Positions 49,869 to 62,425 of a stretch of 64,000 nt of DNA are shown piece by piece. Within the stretch, counting starts at the first letter, position 1; each line of letters opens with the position of its first letter. Source of the stretch: Heterodontus francisci (Eukaryota); contig NC_090374.1 in the NCBI RefSeq assembly GCF_036365525.1, positions 154,102,502 to 154,166,501 of the forward strand, given 5' to 3'. The position numbers were made by a program, and so were the translations under genes. The notes below the pieces were generated by a model. That model was not told the DNA's origin, searched no databases, and saw nothing but the letters and a program-made list of their open reading frames with translations.

Positions 49869-50416
49869 ATTCCCTAGCACAAAGGAAGATGGTTGTGGAT
49901 GTTGGAGGCCAATCATCTCAGTTCCAGGACATCACTGCAGGAGTTCCTCAAGATAGTGTCCTTAGCCCAAACATCTTCAGCTGCTTCATCAATGACCTTC
50001 CTTCCATCATAAGGTCAGAAGCGGGGATGTTCACTGATGATTACACAATGTTCAGCACCATTCACAACTCCTCAGATACTGAAGCAGCCTGTATTCAGAT
50101 GCAGCAAGACTTGGACAACATCCAGGTTTGGTCTGATGAGTGGTAAGTTACATTTGTGCCACACACTGCCAGGCACTGACCATCTCAAACAAGAAAGAAT
50201 CTAACCATCTCCCCTTGACATTCAATGGCATTACCATTGCTGAATTCCACACTATCAACATCCTGGGTATTGTCATTGACCAGAAACTGAACTGGACCAG
50301 CCACATAAATACTGTGGCTACAAGAGTAGGTCAGAGACTGAGAATTCTGCAGCGATTAACTCACCTCCTGCTTCCCCAATGCCTGTCGACCATCTGCAAG
50401 GCACAATTCAGGAGTG
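49869..50416 (+). mobile_element. CR1-group LINE RT fragment
   Basis: AGVPQDSVLSPNIFSCFINDLP..MFTDD, ILGIVIDQKLNWTSHI. Same family as 54821-58000. Confidence 0.85.
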
Positions 50417-50965
50417 TGTCAGGCTAGGCCCCCACCTGCCAAGAATGAGGCACATTAATTTTGTCATGAACATTGATTTTAAAATATTGCAGGAGTGAGG
50501 AAATGATTTGTTGACCAGATCAGCCATGGCTGGAGAAGAGATTTGCATACTAACAGACAGTGCTTGGAAGGACAAAGGACCATTCCCTGACACATTCAAC
50601 CCACAATGGACCTTGATCACCAGGTATTGTGTGTAAAAGGAGCATTCCAGAGACTACTAAGGTGATACAATTCAGGATTGGTTAGACCAGCTGGTCATAT
50701 GACTAACTGGCTGTTCCAGGGTCTTTTGAACTAGCCACAGAGAGTTTGAACTCCAAAAAAATGTTTGCTCCTGGACTGAGAACATCTCTCCTGTCTGGTC
50801 CCATTTCTTTCTTATAAGGCTTTGAATCCACTGAAGACACATGAACCCCAAGAGAGAAAATGCTCCTACAGTGGACAAGGTTCGAGAAAAATACTGGGCC
50901 CCAACGAAAAGCAAGATCTACCTACAATCAAGGACTCTACAGTGAGCTTGAAGAACCATAACACA
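50417..50965 (+). mobile_element. Probable second LTR-type fragment
   Basis: Abrupt TG start (tgtcaggctagg) cutting the LINE. Non-coding. No TSD identified. Confidence 0.4.
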
Positions 50966-51179
50966 AATTTCCTCAGTCCTTTGTAGCTGTGCAGAGTTTT
51001 GTTAGTTCCCCTCAATTTCTCCAGTTTCTATGGACTGTTCTGGACCCTTTGAGTATTATACTGTGCTTCCTGCTAAGTCATTGCCCAATAATAGATTGAC
51101 CCTGTGCATTGATAAGCTTGAAATGATCCTCACTGTCACTACCCTGGTGATCAACTTACTCTGAAGGTGAATTTTAAAG

Positions 51180-52616
51180 AAGGGAACCTTCAAGCATTGC
51201 CAGTAAGCCCTTTTACTAATACCCTGGTATTTGTTCTGCTTTCGGTGGCATTTCTGTAAACTTGGCTGCCAGTAGGGTTTGAAAACAATCGGTATCCCTG
51301 AGGATGGTTATCTCTTTGCCTAGTGCATGGGATACAAAGGAGTAATTTTCCTTTTTGTAAAAAGTTCTGGTATGTGTTCTGTTCTTGAGTTATTTTAGAA
51401 CACATGCTTACCACTTTCATAGTCACAGACCCTGGTTTGACTGAAGCGCCTCCTGTTGGTTTTTTGGCAAACCAACAATTTTCCTGGACATTCCCAGATT
51501 TCCCACACTGGAAACATGTTGGACAAACTCCTATGGGTTTATCACCTGGGTTCCTTCTTTTAAAAGTTGGAGACTAGTCTGGTTTTCTTTCCCTACTCTC
51601 CTTTTCTCTTGAGCCCATTTCTGCTTCCTCTGTATCCCTGCTATCTTTCCCTAGCCTGTAAGAGTTACTAGACCCAAATTTATTCTGAGTTAGAGATTTG
51701 TGTATTAACTCATAATCATTAGCTATTTTTGCTGCTTCCATTGTCATTGTAATTCTTTATTCTTCATTGTGGGTCCTTTTACTAACTGGGATGCTATTTT
51801 TAAATTCTTCCAGCAACATCACTTCTCTCAAATTTTCATACGAGAATTCTAGCTTGAGAGATCGTATCCAGGGATCAAAAGCCACATGTTTAACTCTTTC
51901 TTTCAAATTCCATGTAAGTCTGTGTCGGTCTTTTCCTCGTGTGTTTGAATTTCCATCAAATGCCTCAGGTGCTAGCTCACATGCATAGAGTTGCAGTTTT
52001 GGTTTGTTCATAGTCAGAGAAACTCTCTTCTGATAACAGGAAAATCTTCACGAGCCCCACCCATGATCTCGTCTAGTAAGAGGAGAGTCTAAAGTTCTTT
52101 TGGCCATTTTAGCCTGGCAGCTATTTTCTCAAATGAGATAAAATATGACTCCACTTCCTCCTCATTAAATTTTGGCACTGACCGTGATTGTCTCAGTACA
52201 TCAAAGTTTTGCTCTGAATTAGAGATAAGGTTTCAGTGGCTGGTGGCATTATTATTTTGGGTTTTCAGCCTTGCTAACTCAAACTTTCTTGCTGCCTCCT
52301 TCCTCTCTTTGCATCTCTCTTTCCTCTTCTTCCTTCTGAAACTCTCTCTCTCTCTCTCTTCCTTTTTCATCTGTAACTGGATTCTAGATAGGATTATTTT
52401 TTCAGACTCTCATTCCACGCTTTCTTCTTCTAGTTCAGGGATAACTTTAAAATTGCTAACTCGGCTCTTCACCAGTTCAGGTTTCTTTGCTTTTTGTTTG
52501 AAAATGATTCCCACCTCTGTAGCTAGGCTTTTTAAATCTTCAGTATTTAATTTATTTAACTTGTCAAGGGATATGTCTCCCTGCTCTACAAACTCCTTAG
52601 CATTAAATGTGGCCAT
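51180..52616 (-). pseudogene. Gypsy (Gmr1-like) gag with SCAN-like capsid domain and zinc knuckle
   Basis: MATFNAKEFVEQ.., coiled coil, VPKFNEEEVESYFISFEKIA..LKWP, ELAPEA..YENLREVMLLEEFKNSIP, CFQCGKSGNVQENC. Confidence 0.8.
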
Positions 52617-52746
52617 ACCTTTTGCTTCCAACACTGCAGTGAAAAAAACAGAAGAATACAAGAAAACCTGTTTGTTTACTTTTCCACAATTTCAGAGGTC
52701 AATTTTCCTCCTGTTTGCCAAATCTCTCATTTGTCTGGTGGTTCAG

Positions 52747-52765
52747 ATCCCAGCTCAAGTCCCCA
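52747..52765 (-). other. Primer-binding site, tRNA-Pro-like
   Basis: Minus strand TGGGGACTTGAGCTGGGAT, 3 nt after the LTR end ...tgtaaca. Resembles the complement of the tRNA-Pro 3' end (TGGGGGCTCGTCCGGGAT). Confidence 0.65.
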
Positions 52766-52768
52766 ATT

Positions 52769-53250
52769 TGTTACAGCCACATGGTGAGGGGCATGGGTGG
52801 TTCCCACAATTCAACTATCCACCTGACTTTAACCTCTTTGTGTTTTATTTGTCTAATGAACAGACAGCAATAGGTTTTCTTGTAGATTTAAAACAGAAGA
52901 TTCATTATGTATTGAGAAATATGCCTTATCCCGAAATTGTTGCAATCGCATCCACTCACGCATTCACTCACGCACGCAAACACACACACACACACACACG
53001 AGAAGAGACAGAGAGAGAGGAAAAGGGGTAAATGGTTTTCAAGTGAGGTAGGGTTTCCGGGTTCATGGTAAATCTGTTGAATTCTTTTGGAAGTAAACTT
53101 CTCATTGGTTGTAAACCTGAGGTATTTGTAGATTTCTCTCTTGGTTGAAAGATCAGTTTAAAGACAAAGGATCACTTCCAATTCATTGCGGTATAAGTTA
53201 AAAATGTAGAATTTACAGTAGGGCACCTCCCTTCTGGCTTATATGCATCA
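52769..53250 (-). mobile_element. Gypsy 5' LTR (outer boundary uncertain)
   Basis: Abuts the PBS, contains a (CA)n/(GA)n tract, and is homologous to 49676-49868. Confidence 0.7.
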
Positions 53251-54379
53251 AGTTAGTCATCATAAAACTGGTCAATTTTATTTGGGTTTTAATAGCCTCA
53301 CTAGTCCTTGTAATGTAAAATAAGATCACATTATGATGACTGATATTTAAAGCCTCACCTACCTGTTGAAGATTAGATCATCAACATTTTGTATTATCAA
53401 AGACATTAGTTCGCCTTGTTTGCTCTTTTACAAACTTCTTCATTAACTCTAGAAGTCCTGTGTTGTCTTACAATTAGGAACATTATTGTCCAATTTCCGA
53501 TAAGTTTAAATCTCCAACTACGACAGTTGGCCACTTACTAATCGCTTTCCTTAGCTCATGCAGAACCTTTGGTCTTCTTCTTCCTGTGTTATTCATTGCC
53601 ACATGGACGACTACATTTGATTCCTCAGCTGCTCCCTCCAGCATGCTGTCAGCCAGTCAGATTCATGACTCATGCACCCAGGAGGTAACATACCATTCAA
53701 CTTTCTGGGTCTGGTTTGCACAGAATTCTATCTGTAAACTGAATAATCAAAACCCTCATTACCACAACTTGTCTGCTACTCTTTCTTTTTTTCTCTCCTT
53801 CCCTGACAGGTTGCTGGATTGCCTCAGTTCATGGCATATCCTCATTTGTCACAGCCACTTCTTGAGTCTCCATATCTCTGCTTTCAACTGGAGAGAAACT
53901 GTTGCAGGCCACCAGAGAAAACTGCACGTCCCTCACTATCAACCTCGCCATCTGACCCGCTTTCTAACAGAGAGCCACACTCCTTTTCCAGGTACCTCTC
54001 CTGCTACTATCCCCAGAGTGATCTTCCCTAATACCTAACCTATAAAAACTCTTGCTCCCTAATATGTTGACCAATTTAGTCTTGAGTGCATCGACCTGCT
54101 TGCAGATGTTGCAGATGAAACCCTTCAAAACTTGGGCCTAGAAGGTAAATACTTCATAACATCTACAACCCACAAAGTATTCCATCCCTGTACAACTTTA
54201 AAGTGTAAAGCTTGTTTCCATTAAAAAGGGCATGAGAGATGAACCTCCTTCATTTAAATTCCCTCTCAACCCTCTTTTTCCCTTTTTTTGTTTTTGTCTC
54301 TTGGTTAAATCACTTAACATCTCTTTCCCTCTCTGCACTTAATTTCCACTCTCATCAAATTTCCATTTAAAAAGTATTA

Positions 54380-54815
54380 AGAGTTATACCAGGGCTTAGA
54401 GAGTTAAATAATGTGGACAGGTTGCATAAACTTGGCTCGCATTCCCTTGAGTAAGGAAGGCTAAGGAGTGATCTGATTGAAGTGTTTAAAATGTTCAAAA
54501 GATTTGATACTGTAGTTCTGGAACAACTATTTCCTCTAGTGGAGGAATCAAGGACAAGGGGCATAATTTTAAAATCAGAGCCAAGCCATTCAGGAGTGAA
54601 AAACAGAAACACTTTTTCCCACAAAGGATAGTAGAAATCTGGAACACTCACCCCCAAAGGCTGTGAATGCTGGGTCAATTGGAGTTTTGAAGGCTGAGAT
54701 AGATAAGAATTGTGTTCGGCAAGTGTATCAGAGGATGTGGAGCAAAGGTGGGAAAAACGGGTAGACCTACAGATCAGCCACAGTCTAATTAAATGACGTA
54801 GCCTGCTTGAGGGGC
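54380..54815 (+). mobile_element. CR1 3' fragment
   Basis: RLRSDLIEVFKMFK..TRGHNFKI..FFPQRIVEIWN. Confidence 0.75.
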
Positions 54816-54820
54816 AATAA

Positions 54821-57800
54821 GGGAACAGTAACATGGTGGTAATGTTACTGGATTAGTAATCCAGAGGCCCAGACTAATGCTCCAGAGACATGAGTTCAAG
54901 TCCCACCACAGCAGCTGGTGGAATTTTAATTCAATTCAATCAAAAGCTAGGGGTGGCACAGTGGCGCAGTGGTTAGCACTGCAGCCTCACAGCTCCAGGG
55001 ACCCGGGTTCGATTCTGGGCACTGCCCGTGTGGAGTTTGCAAGTTCTCCCTGTGTCTGCGTGGGTTTTCTCCGGGTGCTCCGGTTTCCTCCCACAAGCCA
55101 AAAGACTTGCAGGTTGATAGGTAAATTGGCCATTATAAATTGTCACTAGTATAGGTAGGTGGTAGGGAAATATAGGGACAGGTGGGGATGTTTGGTAGGA
55201 ATATGGGATTAGTGTAGGATTAGTATAAATGGGTGGTTGATGGTCGGCACAGACTCGGTGGGCCGAAGGGCCTGTTTCAGTGCTGTATCTCTAATCTAAA
55301 AAAAAACTTCCTAATCTAGTGCCAGTAGGGATAATCATGAAACTACTAGATTGTCGTAAAAACCCATCTGCTTCGCTAATGTCCTTCAGTGAAGGAAATC
55401 TGCCGTCTTTACATGGCCTACATGTGACTCCAGATCCACAACAACATGAATGACTCTTAACTGCCCTCTGAAAAGGCCCAGCAAGCCACTCAGTTGTATC
55501 AAACAGCTACAGAAAAGTCGAACAAAAATAAAATCGGATGGACCAACCAGCGTCAACCTAGGATCCAGAAATGACAGAGGCACATCCTGCCCAGTCAACC
55601 TTGCAACCTCTCTAATATCTGGGGACTTCTGCCAAAATTGGGAGAGCTGTCCCAGAGACCAGTCAAGTGACAGCCTCACATAATCATACCTTACAGCCAA
55701 TGTCCCAGACTCCTCCATCACCATCCCTGGGTATTCCCTGTCTCACCCAGCAGGACAGACCCACCAGAGGTGGTGGCAGTGGTATACAGTCAGGAAGGAG
55801 TGGTCCTGTGATTCCATTGACTCTGGACTCCATGAAGTCTCATGGCATCAGATCAAACGTGGGCAAGGAAACCTCTTGCAAATTACCACCTACTGCCCCT
55901 CCTCAGCTAATGAATCAGCACTCCTCTGGGTTGAACACTACTTGGAAGGTATACTACTTGAGGGTGTACTCTGGGTGCTAGATGTCAATGTCCATCACCC
56001 AAAGTAGCTCGGTAGCACCACTACTTTTCGAGCTGACTGAATCCTGAAGGACATTACTGCAAAACTGGGTCTTCACCGGTTGTGAGAGAACCAACAAGAG
56101 CAAAAAACTTACTTAAACTTGCCCTCAACAATCTACCTGTCGCAAATGCATCAGTCCATGACAGCGTTGGTAGGAATGACCACTGCACAGTCCTTGTGGA
56201 GATGAAGTCCTGTCTTCACATGGAGGATACCCTCCATCATGTTGTGTAGAACGAATACCATGCTAAGTGAATAGATTCAGAACAGATCTGGCAGCTGAAA
56301 ACTGGCATCCATTAGGTACTGTGGGCCATCAGGAGCAGCAGAATTGTATTCAACCACAATCTGTAAGCTATGGCCTAGCATATCTCACACTCTACTATTA
56401 CCATAAAGCCAAGCGACCAACCCTGGTTCAATGAAGAATGGAGAAGAGCATGCCAGTAGCAGCAACCAGGCCTACCTAAAATATGAGGTGTCAACCTGGT
56501 GAAGCTACAACTCAGGACTACATGCATGCTAAACAGCGGAAGCAGCATATGATGGACAAAGCTAAGGGACCCCACAACCAATGGATCAGATCAAAGCTCT
56601 GCAGTCCTACCACATCCAGTTATGAATGGTGGTGGACAATTAAACAACTAACTAGAGGAGGAGGTTCCCATTCTCAATGCGGGAGCACAGTATGTCAGTG
56701 CAAAGATATGCTGAAGAATTTGAACCCATCTTCAGCCAGAAGTGCTGAGTGGATGATCCATCTCGGCTTCCTCCTGAGGTCCCGAGCATCACAGATGAAA
56801 GTCTTCAGCCAATACAATTCACTCCACACGATGTCAAGGAGCAGCTGAATGTACTGGATACAGAAAAGTCTATGGGCTCTTACAATATCCTAGCTGTAGT
56901 AATGAAAACATGTGCTCCAGAACTAGCTCTGCCCCTAGACAAACTGTTCCAGTACAGCTGCAACACTGGCATCTACACAACAATGTGGAAAATTGCCAGG
57001 CTATGTCCTGTCCACAAAAAGCAGGACAAATTCAATGCGGCCAATTACCGCCCCATCAGTTGACTCTCAATCATCAGCAAAATGATGGAAGGTGTGATAG
57101 TGCTATCAAGTGGTGCTTATTCAGCAGTAACCTGCTCACCGATACTCAGTTCGGGTTCCTCCCAAGACCACTCGACTCCAGACCTCATCGCAGCCTTGGT
57201 TCAAAATGGACAAAAGAGCTGAATTAAAGAGGTGAGATGTGATTGACTGCCTTTGACATCAAGGAAGTATTTGACCAGGTGTAGCATAAAAGAGCCCTAG
57301 CAAAATTGAAATCATTGAGAATCGGAGGAAAACTTTCCACTAATTGGAGTCATACCTATCACAAAGAAAGATGGTTGCGGTTGTTGGCGACCAGTCATCC
57401 CAACCCAAGGACATCACTGCAGGAGTTCCTCAGGGTAGTGTCCTAGGCCCAGCTATCATCAGCTGCTTTATCAATGAATATCCCTCCATCATATATTCTA
57501 AGTGAATATGTTGGGTGATGATTGCACAATGTTCAGCACCATTTGTGACTTTTCAGATACTGAAGTGGTCTGTGGCCACATGCCGCAAGACCTGGACAAC
57601 ATTCAGGCTTGGGCTGATAAGTGGCAGGTAACATTCATATCACATTACCATTGCTGAATCTCCTACCATCAACATCCTGGGGGTTACCATTGACCAGAAA
57701 CTGAGCTGGACCAGCCATATAAATACTATGGCTACAAGAGCAGGTCAGAGGCTGGGAATTATGTGGTGAGTAGCTCATCTCCTGATTCCCCAAAGCCTGT

Positions 57801-58000
57801 TCACCATCTACAATGCACAAGTCAGGGATGTGATGGAATATTCTCCACTTGCCTGAATAAGTGCAGCTCCAACAACACTCAAGAAGCTCAACACCATCCA
57901 GGACAAAGGCCACTTGATCGATAACCTATCCACCATCTTAAACATTCAGTCCTTTCAACACAGACACACAGTGGCAGCAGTGTGTACAATCTACAAGATG
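54821..58000 (+). mobile_element. CR1-group LINE with a tRNA-like 5' head and a single EN-RT ORF (disrupted, 3'-truncated)
   Basis: A/B-box-like head at 54821-54905. Endonuclease starts ~55613 (NIWGLLPKLGEL, QDRPTRGGG). RT motifs CAPELALPL..WKIARLCPVHKK..NYRPIS and GVPQGSVLGP. Confidence 0.82.
54950..55306 (+). mobile_element. HE1-type V-SINE nested in the LINE 5' UTR
   Basis: Near-identical to 26694-27045. Confidence 0.92.
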
Positions 58001-58161
58001 CTCTTGAAGCAAAATCAGGGGTTACATCCAGCTGTTATAACCAAGGCTGTGCCTCCCCTTCAGGTAGTTTACAACCCACTGCTCTTCCAACCACTCATGG
58101 CCCCCTGCGGCCTAACTCCCACCTTATCCTTACTTTTCAAACTTTTCCCTTCACAATATCT

Positions 58162-58433
58162 GAGGCATAGTGGCGCAGTGGCTGGCACCACAGCCTCACA
58201 GCTCCAGTAACCTGCGTTCAGTTCTGGGTACTGCCTGTGTGGGTTTCCTCTGGGTACTCTGGTTTCCTCCCACATGCCAAAGATATGTGGGTTGATAGGT
58301 AAATTGGCCATTGTAAAAATTTGTCCCTAGTGTAGGTAGGAGAATTGTGGGGATGTGAGAGGGATTAATGTAGGATTAGTATGGATGGTTGGGCTGAAGG
58401 GCCTGTTTTGGTGCTGTATCTCTCCATGACTCT
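58162..58433 (+). mobile_element. Diverged HE1-type V-SINE
   Basis: A box tggcgcagtgg, partial V-domain, tail. Confidence 0.8.
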
Positions 58434-58651
58434 ATTACAGTCTGGATTTAAAACAGCATGCATACCTTGGCATATTTAATTACTTTCAGCCACAGCATAA
58501 TGATCACAGCAGCATGACGTCATGGCAGTTGGACACCTCGCTTCTGGAGGCACAGGAATACTTTATAGAATGTTGGGCCCAGCACCTTTAAAATGAGATG
58601 TTAATCTGAGATCCTATTTGCTGTCTTAGGTGGATGCAATATATTCCATGA
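58378..58651 (+). repeat. Left copy of a 274-bp direct repeat flanking the RTE
   Basis: Matches 61332-61605 with two substitutions seen by eye. Confidence 0.95.
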
Positions 58652-61331
58652 ATGAGAATGGGCAGAGACTGCTTGAGTTGTGTACCTATCATAACCTCTG
58701 CATCACCAACTCGTTCTTTCACACTAAACCCTGTCACCAGGTTTCATGGAGGCACCCAAGATCGTGTCATTGGCACCAGCTAGACCTCATTGTCACAAGG
58801 TGAGCCGCCTTAAACAGTGTTCAAATCACACGCAGCTTCCACAGTGTGGACTGCGACACCGATCACTCCCTGGTGTGCAGCAAGGTTAGACTCAGACCAA
58901 AGAAGTTGCATCATTCCAAGCAGAAGGGCCACCCGCGCATCAACACGAGCAGAATTTCTCACCCACAGCTGTTACAAAAATTTCTAAATTCACTTGTGTC
59001 AACCCTTCAAAACACTCCCACAGGGGATGCTGAGACCAAGTGGGCCCACATCAGAGACGCCATCTATGAGTCAGCTTTGACCACCTACGGCAAAAGTGCG
59101 AGGAGAAATGCAGACCGGTTTCAACCTCATAATGAAGAGCTGGAACCTGTCATAGCTGCTAAGCGCATTGCACTGTTGAACTACAAGAAAGCCCCCAACG
59201 AGTTAACATCTGTAGCACTTAAAGCAGCCAGAAGCACTGCACAAAGAACAGCCAGGCGCTGCTCAAATGACTACTGGCAACACCTATGCAGTCATATTCA
59301 GCTGGCCTCAGACACCAGAAACATCAGAGGAATGTATGATGGCATTAAGAGAGCTTTTGGGCCAACCATCAAGAAGATCGCCCCCCTCAAATCTAAATCA
59401 GGGGACATAATAACTGACCAACGCAAACAAATGGACCGCTGGGTTGAGCACTACCTAGAACTGTACTCCAGGGAGAATGTTGTCACTGAGACTGCCCTCA
59501 ATGCAGCCCAGCCTCTACCAGTCATGGATGAGCTGGACATACAGCCAACCAAATCGGAACTCAGTGATGCCATTGATTCTCTAGCCAGCGGAAAAGCCCC
59601 TGGGAAGGACAGCATTACCCCTGAAATAATCAAGAGTGCCAAGCCTGCTATACTCTCAGCACTACATGAACTGCTATGCCTGTGCTGGGACGAGGGAGCA
59701 GTACCTCAGGACATGCGCGATGCCAATATCATCACCCTCTATAAAAACAAAGGTGACCGAGGTGACTGCAACAACTACCGTGGAATCTCCCTGCTCAACA
59801 TAGTGAGGAAAGTCTTTGCTCGAGTCGTTCTAAACAGGCTCCAGAAGCTGGCCGAGCGCGTCTACCCTGAGGCACAATGTGGCTATCGTGCAGAGATAGA
59901 CCGTTGACATGCTGTTCTCCCTTCGTCAGATACAGGAGAAATGCCGCGAATAACAGATGCCCCTCTACGTTGCTTTCATTGATCTCACCAAAGCCTTTGA
60001 CCTCGTCAGCAGACGTGGTCTCTTCAGACTACTAGAAAAGATTGGATGCCCACCAAAGCTACTAAGTATCATCACCTCATTCCATGACAATATGAAAGGC
60101 ACAATTCAACATAGCGGCACCTCATCAGACCCCTTTCCAATCCTGAGTGGCGTGAAACAGGGCTGTGTTCTTGCACCCACACTTTTTGGGATTTTTTTTC
60201 TCCCTGCTGCTCTCACATGCGTTCAAGTCTTCAGAAGAAGGAATTTTCCTCCACACAAGATCAGGGGGCAGGTTGTTCAACCTTGCCCGTCTAAGAGCGA
60301 AGTCCAAAGTACGGAAAGTCCACATCAGGGAACTCCTCTTTGCTGACGATGCTGCTTTAACATCTCACACTGAAGAGTGCCTGCAGAGTCTCATCGACAG
60401 GTTTGCGGCTGCCTGCAACGAATTTGGCCTAACCATCAGCCTCAAGAAAACAAACATCATGGGGCAGGCCGTCAGAAATGCTCCATTCATCAATATTGGC
60501 GACCACACTCTGGAAGTGGTTCAAGAGTTCACCTACCTAGGCTCAACTATCACCAGTAACCTGTCTCTAGATGCAGAAATCAACAAGCGCATGGGAAAGG
60601 CTTCCACTGCTATGTCCAGACTGGCCAAGAGAGTGTGGGAAAATGGCGCACTGACACGGAACACAAAAGTCTGAGTGTATCAAGCCTGTGTCCTCAGTAC
60701 CTTGCTCTATGGCAGCGAGGCCTGGACAACGTATGTCAGCCAAGAGCGACGTCTCAATTCATTCTATCTTCGCTGCCTCCGGAGAATACTTGGCATCAGG
60801 TGACAGGACCGTATCTCCAACACAGAAGTCCTTGAGGCGGCCAACATCCCCAGCTTATACACACTACTGAGTTAGCGGCGCTTGAGATGGCTTGGCCATG
60901 TGAGCCGCATGGAAGATGGCAGGATCCCCAAAGACACATTGTACAGCGAGCTCGCCACTGGTATCAGACCCATTGGCCGTCCATGTCTCCGCTTTAAAGA
61001 CGTCTGCAAACGCGACATGAAATCCTGTGACATTGATCACAAGTCGTGGGAGTCAGTTGCCAGCGTTCGCCAGAGCTGGCGGACAGCCATAAAGGCGGGG
61101 CTAAAGTGTAGCGAGTCGAAGAGACTTAGCAGTTGGCAGGAAAATAGACAGAGGCGCAAGGGAAGAGCCAACTGTGTAACAGCCCCGACAATCAAATTTT
61201 TCTGCAGCACCTGTGGAAGAGCCTGTCACTCTAGAATTGGCCTTTACAGCCACTCCAGGCGCTGCTCCACACACCACCGACCTCCTCCAGGCGCGTATCC
61301 ATTGTCTCTCGAGATAAGGAGGCCAAAGAAG
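58652..61331 (+). mobile_element. RTE-clade LINE (copy 3), part of the endonuclease plus RT
   Basis: NENGQRLLELC, DCDTDHSLV, CNNYRGISLL, FIDLTKAFD, GVKQGC, FADD, C-terminal zinc finger. Several stops and frameshifts. Confidence 0.95.
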
Positions 61332-61605
61332 AGTATGGATGGTTGGGCTGAAGGGCCTGTTTTGGTGCTGTATCTCTCCATGACTCTATTACAGTCTGGA
61401 TTTAAAACAGCATGCATACCTTGGCATATTTAATTACTTTCAGCCACAGCATAATGATCACAGCAGCATGACATCATGGCGGTTGGACACCTCGCTTCTG
61501 GAGGCACAGGAATACTTTATAGAATGTTGGGCCCAGCACCTTTAAAATGAGATGTTAATCTGAGATCCTATTTGCTGTCTTAGGTGGATGCAATATATTC
61601 CATGA
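61332..61605 (+). repeat. Right copy of the 274-bp direct repeat
   Basis: Follows the RTE (GAA)n tail directly and continues into the Deu-SINE downstream. Confidence 0.95.
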
Positions 61606-61696
61606 CACAATTTGAAGAAGAGCAGGGGAGTTATCTCTGGTGTCCTGGCAAAAAATTATCCCTCAACCAACATCAATAAAGCAGATTATCTGATTA

Positions 61697-61896
61697 AAAG
61701 CAAAATACTGCAGATGCTGGAAATCTGAAATAAAAACAAGAAATGCTGGAAATACTCAGCAGGTCTGGCAGCAACTGTGGAGAGAGAAGCAGAGTTAACA
61801 TTTCAGGTCAGTGACCCTTCTTCAGAACTGAAGAAGGGTCACTGACCTGAAACGTTAACTCTGCTTCTCTCTCCACCGATGCTGCCAGACCTGCTG
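61697..61896. mobile_element. Palindromic Penelope-like/retrozyme-type element with hammerhead ribozyme motif
   Basis: Near-perfect ~70-bp arms centred at 61826/27. 14-bp TSD agattatctgatta (61683-96 and 61897-910). Inserted in a Deu-SINE. Confidence 0.8.
61792..61830 (-). ncRNA. Candidate minimal type I hammerhead ribozyme
   Basis: Minus strand agtt-CTGAAGA-a-gggtc-act-gacct-GAAA-tgtt-aact has the core CUGANGA/GAAA, stem II, stem I agtt/aact and a rudimentary stem III. Confidence 0.55.
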
Positions 61897-62089
61897 AGAT
61901 TATCTGATTAGCTATCTCATATCTGTTTGTGGGAATTGCTGTGTGCATTTGCCTACATTACAACAATGACTACACTTCAAATTATTTGGTTCTGAAGCAC
62001 TTTGTGATATCCTGAGGACACCAAAGCTGCTATATAAATGCAGGTTTGTTCTCAGGTAAGATTAAACAGCTTTGATCATGCCTTTTATC

Positions 62090-62425
62090 ATAGTCAGTGC
62101 TAGCTCTCTTACCTCTGAATCAGAAGGTTGTGGGTTCAAGTCTCATTCCTGGAGCTTAAGCACAGAAGTGATGTAAAAGATCCCATTACACCATTTCAAA
62201 ACGGAGCAGGGACATCCCCCTGCTGGTATCCTGATGAATAGTTATCCCTCAACTAAGATCACTAAAACAGATTATCTGGCTATCATCACAGCGCTGTTTG
62301 AGGTGTCTTGGTATGTGCAAATTGGCTGCTGCATTTCCAACAACAGTGACTACACTTAAATAGCTGTAGATCACTTTGGGATGTCCTGAGGTTGTGAAAG
62401 GTGCTATATAAATGCAAGCTTTTTA
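62090..62425 (+). mobile_element. Deu-domain SINE
   Basis: B box ggttcaagtc, Deu core and L2-type tail. Confidence 0.7.

Noticed and set aside
52243-53031. 262-aa + strand ORF
   Set aside because: Antisense shadow of the Gypsy gag and LTR, with low-complexity content.
53586-54038. 150-aa ORF with intron-like signals and a THAP-like CxxHF
   Set aside because: The other THAP residues are absent, so decayed repeat or chance is more likely. Not supportable without a search.
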